Assembly (NCBI GenBank): GCA_040384285.1
Contig: JAZKJN010000006.1
Coordinates: 46,709-110,708, forward strand
Reading direction: 5' to 3'
DNA length: 64,000 nt
Source: Patescibacteria group bacterium
GTDB lineage: Bacteria; Patescibacteriota; Minisyncoccia; Phycocordibacterales; PALSA-1337
Shown: in pieces, positions 54,442 to 63,284 of the stretch
Position numbering within the stretch: the first letter of the stretch is position 1
How the letters are laid out: each line of letters opens with the position of its first letter
Notes under the pieces: generated by a model
Database searches by the model: none
What the model was told of the DNA's origin: nothing
Seen by the model: only the letters and a program-made list of their open reading frames with translations
Translations under genes and position numbers: made by a program

Positions 54442-56724
54442 ATGAAACTTCTCATTGTAGAGTCACCTGCAAAAGCAAAAACAATTTCCAAATATTTGGA
54501 TGGCAAATATACTGTGAAAGCTTCTGTGGGACATATTCGTGATCTGCCAAAGAACAACAAAAAGGCAATCGACATTGAAGGCGGGTTCATTCCCCACTAT
54601 GAAATCTCTCCCGGCAAAGAAGCGGTGGTAGCAGAGATCCAAGCGCTTGCAGCAAAAGCTGATGAAGTGATCCTTGCAACCGACCCCGACCGTGAAGGTG
54701 AGGCGATCGCATGGCATATCGCAGAGGCCACAGGCTTGAAGCATGCAAAGCGAGTTGTTTTCCACGAGATTACAAAGGAGGCAATTCTCGAAGCAATGGA
54801 GCATCCTCGGGCAATCGATGAGAATCTTCGCATGGCACAGGAAGCACGTCGCGTGCTCGACCGACTTGTGGGGTATGACCTCTCAGGACTCATTTGGAAA
54901 AAAGTTCGCTACGGACTTTCTGCAGGACGTGTACAGTCACCTGCACTCCGCATCATCATGGAACGCGAACGAGAGATCCGCGCGTTCAAGTCTCATGCAT
55001 TCTGGGTCATCACTGCAGATGTCAAAACAAAAGCAGGCATTGCCCTTTCACTTACCTGTTCAAAAGAACCAACTGACAAAAAAGAAGTTGATAGTATTTT
55101 GAAAAAGGCAAAAGAACATGAATGGGAAGTTGTTGATGTTGATGAAAGCACCATGAAGCGCTCTCCAAAGGCACCCTTCATCACCTCTACCCTCCAGCAA
55201 GCTGCAAGCTCACGTCTCGGCTTTGCCCCTTCTCGCACCATGTCCATCGCTCAGAGACTCTACGAAGCAGGACATATCACCTATATGCGTACCGACAGTA
55301 CCAACTTGAGCAAAGTTGCTCTTGCCCAGATCTCAACAGTGGTTGAGAAAAAATATGGCAAGAAATTCCTCGAGTTCCGCACCTACACAAAGAAAAGCAA
55401 GAATGCCCAGGAGGCTCACGAAGCTATCCGCCCATCACACATCGACAAAGATAGCGCGGGAATGAATGATGAGCAGAAAAAACTTTACAGTCTCATCTGG
55501 CAGAGAACTGTTGCCTCACAAATGGCAGATGCGGAACTCCTTCGCACAAAAATCATTGCGAATATAAAGAACGATACTATCCCCGAGTTCCATGCAAACG
55601 GATCTCGAGTCCTTTCCCCTGGCTGGCTCATGGCTGATCCAGATGCGCGAGGTGAAGATGTAGAGCTTCCAAAGCTTGGTAAGGGTGATGATCTCGACTT
55701 GAAGGAGATAAAGAGTGAAGAGAAGCAAACACAGCCACCAGGACGCTACAGCGAAGCGGGGCTCATCAAGGAGCTTGAAAAGCGAGGTATCGGACGACCA
55801 TCAACATACGCCTCTATCATCCGCACAATTGAGGAGCGCGGGTACGTAGAAAAAGAAAACAAAGCTTTGAAGCCAACAGATACTGGTGATGTGGTTTCAA
55901 CATTCCTCGAAACAAACTTCATGCACTATATTAATGACTCTTTCACCGCAGAGATGGAAGACTCGCTCGACGAGATTGCAAATGGAAACAAGCAATATTT
56001 AAAGACGCTCAAGGATTTCTATATTCCCTTTTTGAAAGATATAAAGATGCGCGAAAAGGATGCAAAGATCACCAACCTGGGGGACGCTCCAGCGGAGTTC
56101 AAATGCCCTACGTGCAACTCACCGATGATCATCAAGCTTGGCCGCAATGGAAAGTTTCTCTCATGCGCCACATATCCAGACTGCGAAGGAGCCTTGATGA
56201 TGGATGGAACAGAAATCAAAAAAGATGAGCCGATAGGAAATGATCCTGTCACAGGTCTCCCCATCTTTGTACTTGTTGGAAAGTATGGACCCTATGTACA
56301 ACTTGGTAAATATGAACCGAAACCAAAAAAAGTTGTCGGAGAAAAGAAACCTCGACGAAAGAAGGGTGATCCCATCGTTCCCAAACCACCAAAAGCTCCA
56401 AAGCCTCGTATGGCCTCCATTCCAAAAGGTGCAGACCTTTCAAATATTCCTCTTGCTGACGCACTCAAATATTTGAGTCTTCCAAAAGTTCTCGGAGTAT
56501 ATCCTCCAACAGGAAAAAATATCACTGCAAACATTGGTCGCTTTGGACCATATATAGTGCACGATGCAGACTTCCGATCGCTGAAGGCTAAAGAAGGTGA
56601 TGATCCATATACAGTCACACTCGAACGAGCAATTGCAATTTTGAATACTCCAAAAGTTGTGCGTAAAGGACGGTTTGTGAAGAAGGCTCCTGCAAAAACT
56701 GATGTTGCAGAGAAGAAGGAGTAG
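54442..56724 (+). CDS. topA: DNA topoisomerase I.
   Basis: TOPRIM (LLIVESPAKAKTI...DPDREGE). Catalytic Tyr region (GHITYMRTDS). C-terminal Zn-ribbon (CPTCNSPM...C..C) and a Lys-rich tail. Confidence 0.9.
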   Translation: MKLLIVESPAKAKTISKYLDGKYTVKASVGHIRDLPKNNKKAIDIEGGFIPHYEISPGKEAVVAEIQALAAKADEVILATDPDREGEAIAWHIAEATGLKHAKRVVFHEITKEAILEAMEHPRAIDENLRMAQEARRVLDRLVGYDLSGLIWKKVRYGLSAGRVQSPALRIIMEREREIRAFKSHAFWVITADVKTKAGIALSLTCSKEPTDKKEVDSILKKAKEHEWEVVDVDESTMKRSPKAPFITSTLQQAASSRLGFAPSRTMSIAQRLYEAGHITYMRTDSTNLSKVALAQISTVVEKKYGKKFLEFRTYTKKSKNAQEAHEAIRPSHIDKDSAGMNDEQKKLYSLIWQRTVASQMADAELLRTKIIANIKNDTIPEFHANGSRVLSPGWLMADPDARGEDVELPKLGKGDDLDLKEIKSEEKQTQPPGRYSEAGLIKELEKRGIGRPSTYASIIRTIEERGYVEKENKALKPTDTGDVVSTFLETNFMHYINDSFTAEMEDSLDEIANGNKQYLKTLKDFYIPFLKDIKMREKDAKITNLGDAPAEFKCPTCNSPMIIKLGRNGKFLSCATYPDCEGALMMDGTEIKKDEPIGNDPVTGLPIFVLVGKYGPYVQLGKYEPKPKKVVGEKKPRRKKGDPIVPKPPKAPKPRMASIPKGADLSNIPLADALKYLSLPKVLGVYPPTGKNITANIGRFGPYIVHDADFRSLKAKEGDDPYTVTLERAIAILNTPKVVRKGRFVKKAPAKTDVAEKKE

Positions 56725-56777
56725 GAGTACCATTACCCACTGAAGCAGAGCACACAATTTTAACCAAGGAGGAAGCA

Positions 56778-56933
56778 GTGGCCGTAGACACAGAAAAAGA
56801 CCTTTCAGTTATCCCGCCAGAAGAATTAACTCGAGAGGAACTCATCGAAGAAGTTAAACGCCTTCGAAAGATTGTTACGAAAACTCAAGGCAAAACAAGT
56901 TGCCAACCAGCGCGAATGATTACGGACGGATAA
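56778..56933 (+). CDS. Small hypothetical protein (51 aa, GTG start).
   Basis: AAGGAGG lies 7 nt upstream of the GTG. Translation is VAVDTEKDLSVIPPEELTREELIEEVKRLRKIVTKTQGKTSCQPARMITDG*. A terminator follows. Confidence 0.35.
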   Translation: MAVDTEKDLSVIPPEELTREELIEEVKRLRKIVTKTQGKTSCQPARMITDG

Positions 56934-56945
56934 AAATTTCATCGG

Positions 56946-56978
56946 GCAGTCTCGTCGCAGGACGGGACTGCTTTTTTT
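56946..56978 (+). terminator. Intrinsic terminator.
   Basis: gcagtctcgtc-gcag-gacgggactgc followed by a T7 tract. Confidence 0.5.
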
Positions 56979-57948
56979 ATTTCAAAAACTCTTTTGTCTT
57001 TTCTAGATAGGCCAACACATCTTTAATTCCCTGCTCTTTTCCTGTCTTGCTCCAATAAGGAAATTTTGTAGAGGCTTGGATAATGAGAGCAGCCTGAAGA
57101 ATCTTGCGATCAAGAACTAGACCTTTTTCGGTATAACCTTTTATAAGATGTTCGGCGGCCATGTCTGCAATCCCTCGTCCAAGAGCGGTAACAATAGCTC
57201 GAGCAAGGTCCATGTAGGGATGACTGAGTATTGGTACCGGATCAATAACCGTAAAAGGTTCTGTGGCGAAAATATTCTCATATGTATAATCATTGTGACA
57301 ATATGAACTTTCTTTTGACGTTCCCACAAACGCAATAAAAACTTCTCTGGCGCGTGCCAAGTCACCGTGTTTTTCTGTATCAAAGAAAGCCTCAGGATCT
57401 TCCTTGAGCTTTTTTCTATCCATTTCGTTTTCAAGCCATAGATCAAACGTAGGAGATGTACCGACTCCATTGTCCAGAGTTCCAAATCCTTTTCCTTTTG
57501 CAGAGTGCATCGTGTATAAAATACTTCCCATCTTCACAAAAATTTCCTTGCGAATCATTTCTCCTTTTTTATATGTGCCATGAAGTGTTGGAGCATCTAT
57601 ATACTCCATGAGCATGTAGTATCTCTCGCCAATCATTCCTTCTTCAAAAATATGTGGGACTTTTACCCCAACCTTCTCCCAAGTTTTTAAGAAGGTGCCT
57701 TCAGTCGTATACAGAGGCAAATTACTCAATGGAATTTTTAACACATACTTTGCATCAGGTATTTCAATGATACAAATGAGAGAAGATGCTCCTTTTTCTG
57801 GGAAAGAAACTTTTACATCTTTGTCCTTAAAAAGATTGTGGGTACTGAGAAATTTTTCGACCTGTGGGACGAGTTCAGGACGACGTTTATTATAGTCAGC
57901 TTGAACCTCATGGGGAGAAAGGGTGGGTTGATTGAGGAAGGTTATCAT
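56977..57948 (-). CDS. Protein-kinase-like phosphotransferase (APH/choline-kinase family).
   Basis: Brenner motif CHNDYTYENIF and a downstream D-x-x-x-motif. 323 aa. Confidence 0.65.
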   Translation of the reverse strand: MITFLNQPTLSPHEVQADYNKRRPELVPQVEKFLSTHNLFKDKDVKVSFPEKGASSLICIIEIPDAKYVLKIPLSNLPLYTTEGTFLKTWEKVGVKVPHIFEEGMIGERYYMLMEYIDAPTLHGTYKKGEMIRKEIFVKMGSILYTMHSAKGKGFGTLDNGVGTSPTFDLWLENEMDRKKLKEDPEAFFDTEKHGDLARAREVFIAFVGTSKESSYCHNDYTYENIFATEPFTVIDPVPILSHPYMDLARAIVTALGRGIADMAAEHLIKGYTEKGLVLDRKILQAALIIQASTKFPYWSKTGKEQGIKDVLAYLEKTKEFLK

Positions 57949-58011
57949 AGGTGAAAGTATAGCAGAGTGGAGAAATAAAAAAACCGCATGACCCAGAGGG
58001 TCAATGCAGAT

Positions 58012-58362
58012 TCAGGATTTAGGAAATTCGTAACGATTGGCAGTCTCTTGATCAAGCACCCAATCCATCTTGAGTAGGTGATCGAAATATTTTTGCGCAG
58101 AAGTCTCCATTTTCATTGATACGTATAAGGTGTTTGAAGGTGCATGATAACGGATAACGAAAGCCTTGGGAATTTCCCTGGTTGCGCTAGTTATCCACTG
58201 CGTATCAACAAGAATGGATTTTGCAAGTATTGAAGAGAGGAGGTCTGGGGTCAAATCTACCTCCTCCACCTTCCTAAAAATAGGCGGGTTGACACCTTCT
58301 GTCCAAGCAAGATCGCGAGGAGCAGTGAGAACGATACTAACGTTGATTGTGCTGATTTTCAT
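58012..58362 (-). CDS. Hypothetical protein.
   Basis: 116 aa ORF. Confidence 0.4.
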   Translation of the reverse strand: MKISTINVSIVLTAPRDLAWTEGVNPPIFRKVEEVDLTPDLLSSILAKSILVDTQWITSATREIPKAFVIRYHAPSNTLYVSMKMETSAQKYFDHLLKMDWVLDQETANRYEFPKS

Positions 58363-58414
58363 GATTCAGATTCCTGAACCGAAAATATCACACATTCCCT
58401 ACTTTTACAAACCC

Positions 58415-59413
58415 CTACACCCCAAAATTCTTTATCGAATACAATTCCTGAGGATCTTCTTCGAGTCCCTGTGTGTCCTCTACTGGTGAGCGATCGTCGA
58501 CTGGTACTTCTGAGACTTCGAGTGGAGTTGCGGCAGAAATAGTGGCTGCATCGGGAGTAACTGCAGAGATTCTAGCTTGAGAAACTTTTTCCAAAATCAT
58601 TTGTATGTCATCGTCAGTAAAGAACTCGATAGTGATCTTTCCTCCATTTTCTTTTTTCTCAATCGATACTTTTGTACCCATTGCCTCTTTAAATTTTCGC
58701 TCAAGCTCGGCAAGTGCAGGATCAATGAGTGACTTCTTGCGCACACGGTCCTGGGCAATGTAGCGGGCAGTCTTTTCTGTCTCACGCACGGTGAGTTTTT
58801 TAAATACAACTTCTTTGAAGAGCGTCATCTGCTCTTCTGGACGATCGGCAAGCATCAAAAGCGGTCGTGAGTGGCCTTCTGAAATTTTCCCAAGAGAAAG
58901 TGCATCGAGGATCTCGGTCGGAAGATCGAGAATTCGCATGGTGTTTGAAACATATTCGCGGCTCTTCCCCACTTTTTCCGCAACCTGGATATGCTTCATA
59001 CCAAATTCATCCACAAGACGCTTGAAAGCGCGGGCACGGTCGACAGAGTTGATATCTTCTCGCTGGAGGTTCTCGATGATGGCGATCTCGAGCTTTACCC
59101 GAGGATCTTCTTCACCACTTCGGATGAGGGCAGGCACCTGAGAGAGTCCCGCAAGGCGAGAGGCGCGGAGACGTCGTTCTCCTGCAATGAGTTCATATTC
59201 TACAGCAAGTCCCCCTTCTGGCTTTTCAAACTCACGACGAGTGACTACGAGAGGCTGGAGCACTCCGTACATGCGGATAGACTCTGAGAGGTCTTTTAGA
59301 CGTGCTTCATCGAACTCCTGACGAGGCTGGTAAGGGTTTGGTTTGATCTTCTCCACATCAATCCAGAAAACAGAGTTTTCGAAATAGTGTGTTGGGTTCG
59401 GTAAGTCTGACAT
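58415..59413 (-). CDS. parB: ParB/Spo0J family partition protein.
   Basis: ParB box GERRLRAS and an HTH region. Confidence 0.85.
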   Translation of the reverse strand: MSDLPNPTHYFENSVFWIDVEKIKPNPYQPRQEFDEARLKDLSESIRMYGVLQPLVVTRREFEKPEGGLAVEYELIAGERRLRASRLAGLSQVPALIRSGEEDPRVKLEIAIIENLQREDINSVDRARAFKRLVDEFGMKHIQVAEKVGKSREYVSNTMRILDLPTEILDALSLGKISEGHSRPLLMLADRPEEQMTLFKEVVFKKLTVRETEKTARYIAQDRVRKKSLIDPALAELERKFKEAMGTKVSIEKKENGGKITIEFFTDDDIQMILEKVSQARISAVTPDAATISAATPLEVSEVPVDDRSPVEDTQGLEEDPQELYSIKNFGV

Positions 59414-59469
59414 GCGATAATTGTATCATCAATTGATTTTCCAGCAATTTTTAGTACACTAGCAGTATT

Positions 59470-59551
59470 GCCGAAGTGGCGGAATTGGTATACGCACACG
59501 ACTCAAAATCGTGCGGGGAAACCCATGAGAGTTCAAGTCTCTCCTTCGGCA
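59470..59551 (+). tRNA. tRNA-Leu (anticodon CAA).
   Basis: Acceptor GCCGAAG/CTTCGGC, 3 bp D-stem, anticodon loop CTCAAAA, long variable arm, T-loop TTCAAGT, discriminator A. Confidence 0.85.
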
Positions 59552-59610
59552 CAGAAATTTATATAAAAAAACACCAAGCAGAACGCTTGGCGATGAAAAC
59601 GTAGCGGATC

Positions 59611-59976
59611 TTATCCCACCATAAAAGCATTGACACCGTACACGGTCTGGAGAGTCTCCAGGATAATTTGCGTGTACTCACGCGCTGAAATATTTTTATC
59701 GAAGAAAAAGACCATTCGATCTGGGTAAATGGAGAAATGTGTCAGCTTTCCCATCTGACTCAAGACTTCGTAGAGAGCATGCACTCGAGGATTATCTCTT
59801 TTGAGAGACGTGAGGATACCATCTTGAACAGAAACGTTGAGGGAAAGCGAGATCATGGTCCTCGTACCGAGAAGAGGCATCAGACTTCTCACCGACAGTG
59901 AATCCAAAGGAGGATCAGGAAGCACTGGGGACTCAGGCTTCCGACGAGTAGTCAGGAAAGGAAGAGTTAAGAGCAT
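59611..59976 (-). CDS. Hypothetical protein.
   Basis: 121 aa ORF. Confidence 0.35.
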   Translation of the reverse strand: MLLTLPFLTTRRKPESPVLPDPPLDSLSVRSLMPLLGTRTMISLSLNVSVQDGILTSLKRDNPRVHALYEVLSQMGKLTHFSIYPDRMVFFFDKNISAREYTQIILETLQTVYGVNAFMVG

Positions 59977-60037
59977 AACTTAGAATTGATTTGGTTTTTG
60001 TTGCACAGCTGTCCTCAAGTATTGTACAGTACCTTTC

Positions 60038-60901
60038 ATGAAGACAGAAATCGTAGCAATCGTAGGCCCTACAGCCACCGGAAAGAGTGACTTTGCTGTA
60101 GACTATGCCCTCGCCCACAATGGTGAGGTGATTTCTGCTGACTCACGACAGGTGTATATTGGGCTCGATATTGGGACAGGAAAAATTACACAAAAAGAAA
60201 TGCGAGGGGTGAAGCATCATCTTCTTGATATTCTTGATCCCAAAAAACGCCTCAGTGTAGAAGGATTCAAAAAACTTGCACAAGAAGCAATTGTCGACAT
60301 CTCTTCTCGAGGTAAACTTCCTATACTCTGTGGAGGTACTGGCTTCTATATCGACACCGTTATCAAAAACATCACCTACCCTGATGTTCCGCATGACAAA
60401 AAACTGCAGAAGAAATTGCTCGCAAAAAAATCTCCTGAGCTTTTTGCAATCCTTTCCAAACTCGATCCAAAGTTTGCAAAATCTTTAAACAATTCAGAGA
60501 GAAACAATCCACATCGACTTGTCAGATCAATAGAGATCGCAAAAGCTCTCGGCAAAGTTCCTCCTGTTAGAAAAGCTTCATCGCCCTATGACGTTACCTG
60601 GATCGGACTCACTTTTCCCGATCAGATTCTCAAAGAACGCATCAACCTTCGCCTTAAAAAACGCATCAAAGCAGGGATGCTACAAGAAGCAAAAAAACTT
60701 CATGCAAAAGGTCTGTCATGGAAACGCATGGAGGCACTCGGACTCGAGTACCGATATCTCGCACGCCACTTGCAAGGAAAAATCTCAAAAGAAGAAATGA
60801 TCGCGACTCTCGAAAAAGAAATCTGGCAGTATGCAAAGCGACAGAAGGCGTGGTTCAAAAGGAACAAGAAGATAGAGTGGGTGGAGAAGATGGGGAAATA
60901 A
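60038..60901 (+). CDS. miaA: tRNA dimethylallyltransferase.
   Basis: P-loop IVGPTATGKS. ISADSRQVY. The overall MiaA pattern. Confidence 0.85.
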   Translation: MKTEIVAIVGPTATGKSDFAVDYALAHNGEVISADSRQVYIGLDIGTGKITQKEMRGVKHHLLDILDPKKRLSVEGFKKLAQEAIVDISSRGKLPILCGGTGFYIDTVIKNITYPDVPHDKKLQKKLLAKKSPELFAILSKLDPKFAKSLNNSERNNPHRLVRSIEIAKALGKVPPVRKASSPYDVTWIGLTFPDQILKERINLRLKKRIKAGMLQEAKKLHAKGLSWKRMEALGLEYRYLARHLQGKISKEEMIATLEKEIWQYAKRQKAWFKRNKKIEWVEKMGK

Positions 60902-60945
60902 AAAGACCCGCAAGCGAACTTGCGGGCGTGTCCCCTTCACCAATC

Positions 60946-61770
60946 TCAATCAGAGTGAGGTGGCGGTTTGGTGATCCAATGAACGTTACCGACAGCGACA
61001 AGGGAATTTGTCGGGATGCAGATGGTAAGGTGAGGGTGGACAGTGACGAGCAGTCGGTTTCTGTTTCCTCTTTGAGCACCCTCGACGACCCGGAACTCGT
61101 ACCACCCCAGTGTGGGAATGCCGGTTTTGTCCTGCATTTCATAGAAGGAAGAGTAATCAATGGGGATAAAGAGGGATCGGTTGAGACCTCTGGATCCGTA
61201 CACGGGAGTAATTTCATCCAGCCAGACATACGCTTCGATCATGAGATCTTTGGCAATCTCCAAGGCATGCAGGAGTCCGAATCCAAGCCTCTGGTCACGA
61301 ATATATTTTGCCATAGCTCCAGCATCATCCCCTGTTGCAAATCTCGTGATCTCACGAAAGAAATCTGTACCCACAATTGCCTGCTTCGTTTCAAAAACAT
61401 TTGCTTTCGTTGAAGCAAGCTTGGGCTGTAGCTGATCAAGCATCTGTGCATTGCCAGGAATGGTTGATTGACTGTGCTGCTCTTTTACCTTCAGATCACA
61501 GTATGTTGCTTCATGACTTCCAAGTTCCCAACCAAGGAGGATGGGACTCACGAGGTAGGTCCGTGTCCCATGGCTTCCTGGTTGAATTCTCGCCATCGCC
61601 CCGAGAACCAGTGCCATTTGAAAATTGGCACTTGGGATACCGTACGTGAAGCCCTCAAAAAATCCAGGGTATACCCCGGCATCGAGGATTGCTTTGACGA
61701 AATTGACAGCCTCACGCGGAAGCCGTCCGTTCTTTTCATGTGTTTTCATAGGTTGCTTTATCTGCAACAA
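60946..61770 (-). CDS. Hypothetical protein.
   Basis: 274 aa ORF, convergent with miaA. Protein-like composition, no motif recognised. Confidence 0.45.
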   Translation of the reverse strand: MLQIKQPMKTHEKNGRLPREAVNFVKAILDAGVYPGFFEGFTYGIPSANFQMALVLGAMARIQPGSHGTRTYLVSPILLGWELGSHEATYCDLKVKEQHSQSTIPGNAQMLDQLQPKLASTKANVFETKQAIVGTDFFREITRFATGDDAGAMAKYIRDQRLGFGLLHALEIAKDLMIEAYVWLDEITPVYGSRGLNRSLFIPIDYSSFYEMQDKTGIPTLGWYEFRVVEGAQRGNRNRLLVTVHPHLTICIPTNSLVAVGNVHWITKPPPHSD

Positions 61771-61880
61771 ACTTAGCGCGTAGGTACAAAAGTGTCAAAC
61801 ATAAAGGCATGCTCAGACAGACGATAGAAATAAAAAAACGCTCCGGACAATCCGTGCGTTTGTAGTGCAAAAACTTCGCT

Positions 61881-62628
61881 CTATTTCATCTTCCTGAGCA
61901 TCGGCCGGATTTCAGAAACCTTCCATTGTCCTGCCACACAAGCCTTGCTCAGATATCCGTAAATGAGAGGAGCTCCTCCTACTGCAAGCAAGAGTCGTGA
62001 GACTTTGCCAAACTTGTCGCCGATAATCATCGGAGCAATCTCTACATCCGATCCTCGCAAGGCGAGGGTGGGTAAACATCCGAAGAAGGTACACACATCA
62101 TTAAAAGAATCAGGATGCAAAGCGATTTTGCAGATATTTCCGCCAACACGGTTGCACATCCTGTATGCGTCGATAGCAAGACGGGGATGCCACGGCTCAG
62201 CAAGAATATGACGGGAAATGATGACGCCGATGCCCTCCTCTTTTGCCCGAGTGACCACAGCCATGAGGGCGGGGTCCTCTACAGTCGAGGCCTCGACGTC
62301 GATGACGTGTCGCATGGTGCAAGTATTGCCAGTACCAATGAGCACGACCCGCGTTGCTCCATTCTTGATCTTTCCCTCCCTCTTTTGGATCACGAACGGT
62401 GACGATGATGGGGCGACCAAGCTTTTGAAGTTTACTAATCCCCTGTTCAGCTGTCGGGCCCGGAAAACGGTCGACGCGCCACTCGTAGATGTCAGCGATG
62501 CGTGGAGTCCGGAGTGCAACTCGAAGGTCCGCTTCTGAGGCAATCACACCAACCGTGTTGGAACGATTAAGGATATTCCGTAATTTTGTCTTCATAGTTT
62601 CAATCTGGTTCAGTTGTTCTGAGACCAT
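61881..62628 (-). pseudogene. aroD: 3-dehydroquinate dehydratase type I (aroD) interrupted by a +1 frameshift.
   Basis: The N-terminal frame (ORF 62197..62628) gives ...IYEWRVDRF...VTVRDPKEGG, i.e. the EWRVD and KEGG type-I DHQase motifs. The C-terminal part is in another frame (ORF 61881..62543): ...IDVEASTVEDP...KIALHPDSFNDV...MIIGDKFGKVSRLLL, the Lys/His active-site region. The frames switch at the run ccctccc (62374-62380). Confidence 0.65.
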
Positions 62629-62660
62629 ATAATCACGTTTGAGAATACTTGTACAGTATG

Positions 62661-62731
62661 CGGGCGATCGAGGAATCGAACCTCGGCCAGAGCGTTTGGA
62701 GTGCTCTGTTCTGCCACTAAACTAATCGCCC
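62661..62731 (-). tRNA. tRNA-Trp (anticodon CCA).
   Basis: Reverse complement: acceptor GGGCGAT/ATCGCCC, anticodon loop CTCCAAA, T-loop TTCGATT, discriminator G. Confidence 0.8.
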
Positions 62732-62756
62732 AATTGAGTGCCTCTAACTATACCGA

Positions 62757-63131
62757 CTATTCCACCGAAAGTAAATCGACCGAGGTCTTGCCCAGACGTG
62801 CTACGGCCTTACGATAAACCTTCACACCTTTATACTCCCCATACACAGAAATCATCCTCAGATCCCCTTCTGGCAGAACAGAATCAATCACGCAATGGAA
62901 ATCAGGGACCACCTGAGGAACATCAGGATTGAAAAAATAATCATGGGCAAGCTCAAGCACTGCCTGGTCAACACAGTTATCGGCAAAATATCCACTCATG
63001 AGCCGATACTTTTTCTGCACAGTAAAATCAAAGAAATGTGCTGTTTCGATCGACTGCACCGCAACAAAAGCCAGGGTAATCGATGAAACAAAGATCACAA
63101 GGGTCAGTGCAATAAATCCTTTATTCTTCAT
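62757..63131 (-). CDS. Hypothetical membrane-anchored protein, possibly a minor pseudopilin.
   Basis: N-terminal KGFIALTLVIFVSSITLAFVAV hydrophobic segment. It sits next to a prepilin-type gene. Confidence 0.4.
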   Translation of the reverse strand: MKNKGFIALTLVIFVSSITLAFVAVQSIETAHFFDFTVQKKYRLMSGYFADNCVDQAVLELAHDYFFNPDVPQVVPDFHCVIDSVLPEGDLRMISVYGEYKGVKVYRKAVARLGKTSVDLLSVE

Positions 63132-63282
63132 GGAAGTTTTTAATTAAAAGCTCATAATCACTTTCTTGAAACTGCGGTTTGTCATAGATGGGTGAGGTAG
63201 TGGTAGAAAAAATCCCGAGTATCAGAAGCGAGAGCAATCCCATATAGACAATTATTTCAATTAAAGAAAATCCTCTGTTCAT
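63121..63282 (-). CDS. Small protein with a prepilin-type N-terminal cleavage/methylation motif (53 aa).
   Basis: MNRGFSLIEIIVYMGLLSLLILGIF... (G|FSLIE). It overlaps the start of the downstream gene by 11 nt. Confidence 0.5.
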   Translation of the reverse strand: MNRGFSLIEIIVYMGLLSLLILGIFSTTTSPIYDKPQFQESDYELLIKNFHEE

Positions 63283-63284
63283 AG

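Noticed and set aside
60718-61413. 231 aa plus-strand ORF overlapping miaA and the 60946..61770 gene.
   Set aside because: Arg/Ser-rich composition. It starts inside miaA. The opposite-strand ORF is more protein-like.
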